A model generated the notes under the pieces. The model worked only from the letters and a program-made list of their open reading frames with translations. It was not told the DNA's origin and searched no databases. From positions 1 to 46,575 of the forward strand of contig VBMB01000137.1 in NCBI GenBank assembly GCA_005878525.1: a DNA stretch of 46,575 bases, written 5' to 3'. Positions 9,762 to 16,293 of this stretch are shown one piece after another; position 1 is the stretch's first letter; every line of letters starts with the position of its first letter. The translations under genes and the position numbers were made by a program. Origin of the DNA: Methanobacteriota archaeon. GTDB taxonomy: Archaea; Thermoplasmatota; Thermoplasmata; RBG-16-68-12.

Positions 9762-10016
9762 ATGGACACCGAAGCGAAGCTGAAGCAAATCATGGACGTC
9801 CTAGACCAGATCGCCGAAGACACCTCCGTGCCTAGGAACATCCGTCGCGGCGCCTCGGAAGCGAAGGCTCGTCTTGCGAAGAAGAATGAAGCGCTCGACC
9901 TCCGTGTCACGAGCGCCATCATGATCATGGACGACCTCGCGAACGATCCGAACATTCCGCTTCATGGCCGGACGCTCATCTGGAACGTAATTTCCCAACT
10001 CGAGACGGTCAAGTAG
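9762..10016 (+). CDS. UPF0147 family protein
   Basis: DTSVPRNIRR..DPNIPLHGRT.IW..ISQLE. Confidence 0.93.
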   Translation: MDTEAKLKQIMDVLDQIAEDTSVPRNIRRGASEAKARLAKKNEALDLRVTSAIMIMDDLANDPNIPLHGRTLIWNVISQLETVK

Positions 10017-10045
10017 GCTTAACTTCGGGCCTCGGATTATCGGCT

Positions 10046-10744
10046 GTGGCGGGGCTGCAGGCGCTCATTCTTCTGATCGTCATCCCGGCCATCGCGTGGG
10101 CGGTTGCGCTCCTCGTGCTGCGGTCGGCCCGTGCCGAACTGGCGCGGGAGTCGGCACCCGAGTCAGCCCAAGAGCGTTCGGAGGCGCGGATGCTCGTCCA
10201 CTTGGGGTACTCGGGAACGCCGGTTCTGCTCGGACTTGTCTTGTATGCCCTTGCCCGTCCCGGGCTCGACGCCATCGATCGCGGCTCTAGTGGAGGCGTT
10301 GTCCGCTTGGAGCCCCTTGTGCTCTGGGCCTCGTTCGCCTATGCGTTCGCTTCATGCTCCACACTCGCGGCGCAAACCTGGATTGTGAAAAGCCGTCTTC
10401 GGGCATTCCTCGGGTCTGAGTTTGGGCGAGTGCTTCCTCTCTGGGTCGTGCCGGCGACTGGATTGATCTTCGCCCTCATCTTGGTGTTCCTGGTTCTGGC
10501 TTACGTGGACTCCGTCCTGGCCGGCGTCCCTGTCGCCTCGGACTCGGCCGCGTCCGGTGCGATCAGCAGCTTCCAAGCATTCGCGCTCGGCACGGTCGCG
10601 TTTCCTGTCGCCGCCGGCTTCTCGAACCGCGTGCGAGATCTGAACCAGCGGGGATTCATGCGAGCCATCTTGATCATGGAGGTCGGCGAGCTCCCGGTCC
10701 TCGTTGGCTTGGTCCAGACCTTCCTCGCGCTCGGTTCTCTCTGA
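10046..10744 (+). CDS. Six-TM membrane protein resembling a triplicated A/V-type ATPase c/K proteolipid
   Basis: Three hairpins with about 80-aa period whose second helices align without gaps; the CDS is convincing, the family call tentative. Confidence 0.6.
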   Translation: MAGLQALILLIVIPAIAWAVALLVLRSARAELARESAPESAQERSEARMLVHLGYSGTPVLLGLVLYALARPGLDAIDRGSSGGVVRLEPLVLWASFAYAFASCSTLAAQTWIVKSRLRAFLGSEFGRVLPLWVVPATGLIFALILVFLVLAYVDSVLAGVPVASDSAASGAISSFQAFALGTVAFPVAAGFSNRVRDLNQRGFMRAILIMEVGELPVLVGLVQTFLALGSL

Positions 10745-10787
10745 CCGTACGAATTCAAAAATACTGCTGCAGGTCTGTCGCCGCCGA

Positions 10788-10891
10788 GCGGGGCTAGTCT
10801 AGTGGTAGGACAGAAGCTTCCCAAGGCCACGTGGCCGGCCACTCCAGGCTGGAACGAGCTTCTAACGCGGGTTCGATTCCCGCGCCCCGCA
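10788..10891 (+). tRNA. tRNA-Gly(CCC) with a 33-nt intron at 37/38 (10824-10856)
   Basis: Acceptor GCGGGGC/GCCCCGC-A, anticodon stem GAAGC/GCTTC, T arm GCGGG-TTCGATT-CCCGC; BHB with TTCC/GGAA helix and bulges CAA and CGA; CCA not encoded. Confidence 0.95.
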
Positions 10892-10902
10892 CATTCCGCG
10901 TC

Positions 10903-11973
10903 CTAGCCCACGGGCACCGCGGCCGACGGGACCATCGGCCTTGAAGAAATCGCTGCGGAGTTCTCCAGCTTCTGCACAATGCCTCCGACCCCGAAACCGA
11001 TGCCCGAGCTCACCGTGCCCGCGATGAAGACCGTAAAAGAGAACAGGGACACGAACAAGGCCTCGACGGCGAATCCGCGAAGGACCAAGTAGACGACGTA
11101 GAACAGGACCGCCCACGTGCCACCTGTCATCGTCGCGGCGACGAATCCGAATTTCCGAGGGCCGAGGACGAGGAACGCCAGATCGACCAGGGGCGCCAGG
11201 AACAGGATTGGCGGAGGCAGGGCGAACTCGCCGACGACCATGAGCGATCGCAGGCCGGTGTAGATCATAGCCGAGACGGTCGCGAGGCCGGCACGGCGAC
11301 CGGCGAGGACCGCGAGAACGAGGACGGCGGGGGCCGCGAGGGACACGCCGGTGGGATAGGCGATCGCGTCTCTCAAGACCTGACCGTTGAAGGTCGTCGC
11401 GAAGTCCATCGGACCCAGCAGGACCTGGAGGCTGAAGAGCAAGAGGCCCGCGCCCAGCGCGACGCCCACGAGACCTAAGGCGTTTCTCGCCCCGTTCCAT
11501 CGCGTCCGCCCCAAGACCACCGCGAGGAAGAACCCGAACGTGCTGACGATTCCGCCCGCGATCGCCATGACGTGGGGCGGACTCCAGAAGGTCTCCGAGA
11601 CGAGGCCTTCGGCCACGAGGCGGTGCCACGCTTCGTCCCACGGGAAGGCGACGGCCTGGAACAGAGCGCCGGTCCCGATGAGCAAGAATTCGACCGGCAC
11701 CAAGAGACCGACGATGCGGATCCGGGGGCCGGCCCACCGCGGCGCGATTGCGCCCGATATGGACCCCACGATCCCGGCGAGGGCGACATAGCCGAAACCG
11801 GCATAGAGGACGAGGTGAGGAGGGGTGAAGAAACTCTCGCGGCCCACGACAACGTGGCGCCAGATGTCCCAGTAGAGACCGAACGCCTGCAGCAGCAGCC
11901 CGGTCAGCGCGAACCCGAAGATGGCCCACCGGGGGACGCGGGACAACGGACGGAGGAGGCGCGGGACGTCCAT
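10903..11973 (-). CDS. Polytopic membrane protein, putative AmoC/PmoC-AmoA/PmoA-like fusion (copper membrane monooxygenase related)
   Basis: WDIWRH..RESFFTPPH and WDEAWH..ETFWSPPH; C-half GLATVSAMIYT, APLVDLAF, GGTWAVLFY; CDS certain, function inferred. Confidence 0.65.
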   Translation of the reverse strand: MDVPRLLRPLSRVPRWAIFGFALTGLLLQAFGLYWDIWRHVVVGRESFFTPPHLVLYAGFGYVALAGIVGSISGAIAPRWAGPRIRIVGLLVPVEFLLIGTGALFQAVAFPWDEAWHRLVAEGLVSETFWSPPHVMAIAGGIVSTFGFFLAVVLGRTRWNGARNALGLVGVALGAGLLLFSLQVLLGPMDFATTFNGQVLRDAIAYPTGVSLAAPAVLVLAVLAGRRAGLATVSAMIYTGLRSLMVVGEFALPPPILFLAPLVDLAFLVLGPRKFGFVAATMTGGTWAVLFYVVYLVLRGFAVEALFVSLFSFTVFIAGTVSSGIGFGVGGIVQKLENSAAISSRPMVPSAAVPVG

Positions 11974-12030
11974 CGGTCAGCACTCGCGGCCCGGCCACCA
12001 TCGTCCGGCCGATATTTCAAACTCCGCCGC

Positions 12031-12636
12031 TCACCCGGCTCCCGTCTCGGCTCCGATTCGATGGACCGCCATGAGCAGTTCGGCCTCGCGTCGCAGCCGG
12101 GAGGCCGTATCCGGGGTCTCGAGGAGCTCCTGTCGGAGATCGACGGCACCCGGCAGGGCCGCCGCGACCCGGAACGAAAGCGTTCGCGGATCCATCTCCT
12201 TCCAGGTGTCGTCGACGATCGCATGCCCGCCCGTCTCGAGGGTCTCGACGATCCCCGCGAAGAGCCGGGCGACCGCGTCGGCGAGGACCTCCACCTCCTT
12301 GCCGAGAGGCTCGTCCAGCCAATCGACGTCGGCGCGGAGGTACGCCCGGCCTCGGTCGAGCGATCGGATCGCGAAGCGCCGTTGACCTTGCACGACGATA
12401 TCGTACTCGCCGTGAGAATTTCGTTGCAACGCGATGATCGTCGCTTCGGTACCGATTCGCCGGGGAATGGCGTGACCGCCTACCTCGTCGCCATCGAGGA
12501 TCAGGGCGATCCCGAAGGACTCATCGTGTTCGAGACAGCGCCCGATCATCTCGCGGTACCGGGGCTCGAACACATGCAACGGCAAGGTGGTCTCTGGAAA
12601 CAGGACCGTATGGAGGGGGAAGAGCGGGAGACGCAC
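12031..12636 (-). CDS. LON peptidase substrate-binding (LON-N) domain protein
   Basis: LPLFPL.TVLFP..LPLHVFEPRY..M, G..RF.I, RQELLE..RL. Confidence 0.92.
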   Translation of the reverse strand: MRLPLFPLHTVLFPETTLPLHVFEPRYREMIGRCLEHDESFGIALILDGDEVGGHAIPRRIGTEATIIALQRNSHGEYDIVVQGQRRFAIRSLDRGRAYLRADVDWLDEPLGKEVEVLADAVARLFAGIVETLETGGHAIVDDTWKEMDPRTLSFRVAAALPGAVDLRQELLETPDTASRLRREAELLMAVHRIGAETGAG

Positions 12637-12672
12637 GGGCTGCGGCCATCCCGCGGGAGGCCATAAGCCTGA

Positions 12673-12831
12673 TTACTTTGGCCGAATGTCGAGCCCGACG
12701 ACCCACGCCGTGCGGCAACCGGGACAGTTGACCTCGCGTCGCATCGCGTCGCCCTCGTCGGCCATCTTGAACGTGAAGAACAACGGGTTGTTGCACCGCG
12801 GACAATTGAAATTCAAGCCGCCGACCGTCAT
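12673..12831 (-). CDS. Small zinc-finger protein, 52 aa (not in the ORF track)
   Basis: MTVGGLNFNCPRCNNPLFFTFKMADEGDAMRREVNCPGCRTAWVVGLDIRPK*; two CPxC motifs; fills the gap cleanly. Confidence 0.8.
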   Translation of the reverse strand: MTVGGLNFNCPRCNNPLFFTFKMADEGDAMRREVNCPGCRTAWVVGLDIRPK

Positions 12832-12916
12832 GCGACTACTCGAAGGGCCGAGTGGTCTTAAGGTTGCGCTCGCCTCCCGGCAAGTTTATGAAAGTCTCGT
12901 CCTTCCTCGGTCGTTC

Positions 12917-13549
12917 ATGCGCGTCGAGAAGGTCATCTCCTCTCCGCTCGACAACAACGCATACTTTCTTTTCGACGAGGCCAGCCGGCAAGCCGCGGTC
13001 GTGGATCCGGCCTTGGCGGGGAAAGAGCTCCTCGCAATGTCGGAGAAGTTCGGCGCGAAGATCGTCTACATCCTGAACACCCATGGGCATCCGGATTCGA
13101 CCGCGGACGATGCATCGATCCGCACCACGACGGGAGCGAAAATCGCGATTTTCGAGGTCGATGCGCCGCGGCTGGAAAAGAACGCTCGAGGGACGCGGTG
13201 GTTCCTTCCCGCACCGCCGGCTCCTGTCAAAGCAGACGTCCTCCTGAAGGAGGGGTCCGAACTGAAGCTCGGAGACCTCGTCATCACGACCCTTCACACG
13301 CCGGGGCACACGGAGGGCAGCGCGTGTTTCCATGTTGAGACGGCGGGTGCGCTCTTCACGGGCGACACCCTCTACGCGGGATCCTGCGGTCGTACGGACG
13401 TGCAAGGCGGAAGTCCGGCGAAAATGGTCTTCACCCTCCGGCGATTGAAGGAACTCCCAGCCGAGACCCGCGTGTACCCGGGCCACGGGCCTGAGACGAC
13501 GATCGGCGACGAGACGTGGATCAGCGACCTCACATACCCGGTCGTCTGA
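12917..13549 (+). CDS. MBL-fold metallo-hydrolase (glyoxalase II-like)
   Basis: THGHPDS (variant of HxHxDH), HTPGHTEGS, FTGDTL, PGHG. Confidence 0.9.
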   Translation: MRVEKVISSPLDNNAYFLFDEASRQAAVVDPALAGKELLAMSEKFGAKIVYILNTHGHPDSTADDASIRTTTGAKIAIFEVDAPRLEKNARGTRWFLPAPPAPVKADVLLKEGSELKLGDLVITTLHTPGHTEGSACFHVETAGALFTGDTLYAGSCGRTDVQGGSPAKMVFTLRRLKELPAETRVYPGHGPETTIGDETWISDLTYPVV

Positions 13550-13550
13550 G

Positions 13551-15326
13551 TCAGCGGCGCATTCCGCTCGCGGCCCGCCAGCTCCGGGCGGTCGGCATGT
13601 GACGGACGAGTCGGACGCGGGCGACGCGCCGAGTGATGCCCAGGCCCAAGCGCCGGTGGACGACCTTCATGCTGAAGACCACGACGAGGAAGTACGCGTA
13701 GAGGATGACAAGCGTCACGGGCCAATAGTACTGCCACAAGATGGCGACGAGGCCGACGATGGCGAGCGCACCCACCACGATCCGGAGGACGAACGTTTCG
13801 ATCGTCGATCGGCTGAACGGGCCGCCGTCCACGCCGTAGTTCGTGTGCCGCACGGGTTCACGGAACGCGTGGCGGGCCGATGCCCAGACGCCGAACACGA
13901 AGACGGGAGTGAGGAGGGACATCGCGAGGTGCGCCATGCCGGTGGTCACCGTCAAGTCGATGATCCATGCGGCGTAGAAAATGAGGGACGCTTGGAAGAG
14001 CCGCTTGCGCCGGTAGATGGGCAGAAAATTCGGCATGATGACCGTCTTCAGCGTCCTCTTCACGAGCTCCGCACCGAAGCGGAGCGACTTCGGGAGTCGG
14101 CTCGCGAAGAAGGCGGCGATCCGGTTCGATCGGCCCATCAGGATTGGTGCGAGGGAGCTCATCACGATGCACAGGATGCCGGCGAACGGGGTCAGGTAGG
14201 TCCCGGCGTAGTCGTTCGAGAGTTGCGGATTCGCGCGGATTGCACGGGCCCCCACGGTCGCGTAGAGGATCGCCTCCTCGTTGCGGGCAACGAGGCTCGT
14301 GCCGATCGCGGTCGACGCGCGACCGGAGAAGCCGATGAAATAGGCGAGACTCGCGGTGAGGAAGAGATCATTCAGCAGAATCAACGGCACCGCAATTGCG
14401 AGCATGGGGAGCACGGAGCCCAGGGCCGCCGGGTCGATCAACATCCCGAAGGTGAGGAAGAAAATCGCGACGAACGCATCCCGCAGCGATTCCATCTTGA
14501 CTTTCATCCGGCCCGCGATGCGGGTATCCGCAAAGACCATCCCCATGAAGAACGCGCCGACGATGGCGGGGATCCGGAATGCCTCTGCGAGAGACGCCGC
14601 CAGGAAGACCGTTCCGAGGGCGAAGAGGACGAACAGCTCCTCGTTCTTGATCCGTTCAAAGATGGCCGCCGTCCTCGGGACCACGACCGCCGCAAGGAGG
14701 GCAAAGAAGCCGATGAAGAGCCCCACCCCGCCGAACAGGAGGCCCACGTTCACCGGCGTATCGGAGGGGACGATCATGCCATTGACCAGCGTAAGGAGGA
14801 ACATCGCGAGGAACGACTCAAGGATCACCATGCCCAGGAGGAACTCCGTCTCCGCGTTGCCGAGGCGTTTCAAATCGATCAGGGACTTCGCGGTGATCGC
14901 CGAGCTCGACATGCTGATGACCCCCGCCATGAAGATCGTGTCGATCAGGGGCCATCCGAGCCACGCCCCGATGACGAACCCCGCGAACATGTTCACCGCG
15001 AGGTTTGTCACCGCGAGGACCGCGGCGGCCTCCTTCGTCCGCATAAGCTTCGTGATGCTGAACTCGAGCCCGACGAAGAAGAGGAGCAGGACCAACCCGA
15101 GTTGCGAGATGCTCTGCAGGAAGACGCTGTCCGCCAGGATTCCGTCGTACGACCAGCCGAACAGATGGAAGTGGATGTTTGGGCCGATCAGCATGCCCGC
15201 GATGATGTAGCCGATGATGATTGGGACTCGGGCCCGAGAGGCGAACGCGGCTCCGACGAAACCCACGGTGGCGATGACGCCCACGTCGAACATGATCGAC
15301 GTCGTCTCAACCACGTGCCCACCCAT
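13551..15326 (-). CDS. CPA2-family cation:proton antiporter with extra C-terminal TM domain
   Basis: GYIIAGMLIGP, LLFFVGLEFS, SSSAI.AK.L, GAFFMG, LRDAFVAIFF..FGM.IDP; start could be 15326, 15317 or 15293. Confidence 0.88.
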   Translation of the reverse strand: MGGHVVETTSIMFDVGVIATVGFVGAAFASRARVPIIIGYIIAGMLIGPNIHFHLFGWSYDGILADSVFLQSISQLGLVLLLFFVGLEFSITKLMRTKEAAAVLAVTNLAVNMFAGFVIGAWLGWPLIDTIFMAGVISMSSSAITAKSLIDLKRLGNAETEFLLGMVILESFLAMFLLTLVNGMIVPSDTPVNVGLLFGGVGLFIGFFALLAAVVVPRTAAIFERIKNEELFVLFALGTVFLAASLAEAFRIPAIVGAFFMGMVFADTRIAGRMKVKMESLRDAFVAIFFLTFGMLIDPAALGSVLPMLAIAVPLILLNDLFLTASLAYFIGFSGRASTAIGTSLVARNEEAILYATVGARAIRANPQLSNDYAGTYLTPFAGILCIVMSSLAPILMGRSNRIAAFFASRLPKSLRFGAELVKRTLKTVIMPNFLPIYRRKRLFQASLIFYAAWIIDLTVTTGMAHLAMSLLTPVFVFGVWASARHAFREPVRHTNYGVDGGPFSRSTIETFVLRIVVGALAIVGLVAILWQYYWPVTLVILYAYFLVVVFSMKVVHRRLGLGITRRVARVRLVRHMPTARSWRAASGMRR

Positions 15327-15566
15327 CCCAGGCGGGGTTTCGCTCGAGCGCGGGCGCTGACGCTCTCCGCAGGAGAACCGAGTTTCCCATCCCGAGCGCG
15401 CATCGCCCCTCAGGCTACAAAAAGATGCTGTTGTGTTGTCGGGCCGCCCTTGACAAACCCGATCCCGTTTCTCTCCGTGCCCTACATCACAAACCCCCTG
15501 TTGTCCGCGGCATTCCTAAATACGAGCGCCACCTCTCTCTATCATCCGGTCGCGTACGAGGTCGCC

Positions 15567-16166
15567 ATGGCGAAGATGGACCGCTGTCCCATCTGCAATG
15601 TCGCGGTCAAACCCGAGAACCTCATCCGCCACCTGAACGACATCCATCCACGCCATCCGGATCGACCCGGTCTCATCGAGAAATTGAAGGAGGAACCCGG
15701 CCGGATTCAGCGGCCGAGGGCCGGTCGGCCGATTCGCATTCGCCGGTGGCAAATCGCCCTCGTCGCGATCATCGTCTTGGGCGGTCTTGGTGCCATTTAC
15801 GTGCCTCCGTTGCTGGCCGGTACACCCGCCTTACCTTGCATCCGACAGGAAGGCGGGCTCGTGTATCACTGGCACACAGACCTGACCATCTCTTCGGGCG
15901 CGGCGTCCGTACCGATCCCCGCAGGGATCGGAATCAGCACGTTCTGTCTCGAGCCCCTGCACACGCACGACGCGACCGGTCGGATTCATGTCGAGACCGA
16001 TACTGCACGCCTCTATTCGATCGGAGACTTCTTCCGCGTGTGGGGGAAGTCATTCGGCAGCCCGACCGCCATGCATGTGAATGGGACGGCCGTCACGCCG
16101 AGTCCGAGCGTCATCTTGTACGATGTCCCCGAGACGATTCACCTTCAATACGACTCGTTTTCGTGA
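15567..16166 (+). CDS. Membrane-anchored protein: C2H2 zinc finger + TM + His-rich extracytoplasmic domain
   Basis: CPIC-x12-H-x4-H; TM; HWH..IP.GIGI..C..LHTHD..G.IHVE..GDFF..WG; only the 3' end of the 855-aa track ORF is real. Confidence 0.8.
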   Translation: MAKMDRCPICNVAVKPENLIRHLNDIHPRHPDRPGLIEKLKEEPGRIQRPRAGRPIRIRRWQIALVAIIVLGGLGAIYVPPLLAGTPALPCIRQEGGLVYHWHTDLTISSGAASVPIPAGIGISTFCLEPLHTHDATGRIHVETDTARLYSIGDFFRVWGKSFGSPTAMHVNGTAVTPSPSVILYDVPETIHLQYDSFS

Positions 16167-16293
16167 AAGCCTCGCGGGCTCGCGTCGATGATGTCCGGTA
16201 GCACGCGTTCCCTCCCGCCGCCCTCCCGCGGCGAGTCCACTCCGATGGATGTCCGCAACGAGCTTTATTACGAATGCGAATGTTCAGCGCGCG

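Noticed and set aside
10903-11973. Calling this a bona fide amoC/pmoC and the host an ammonia or methane oxidiser
   Set aside because: Similarity is motif-level only, the architecture differs and no B subunit is seen
15438-15448. GTCGGGCCGCC resembling the 3' end of the nhaA-I riboswitch motif as I recall it
   Set aside because: Wrong strand for the antiporter and no matching 5' half
13599-15566. N-terminal 656 aa of the 855-aa track ORF as a large fusion protein
   Set aside because: Antisense to the antiporter; the real gene starts at ATG 15567
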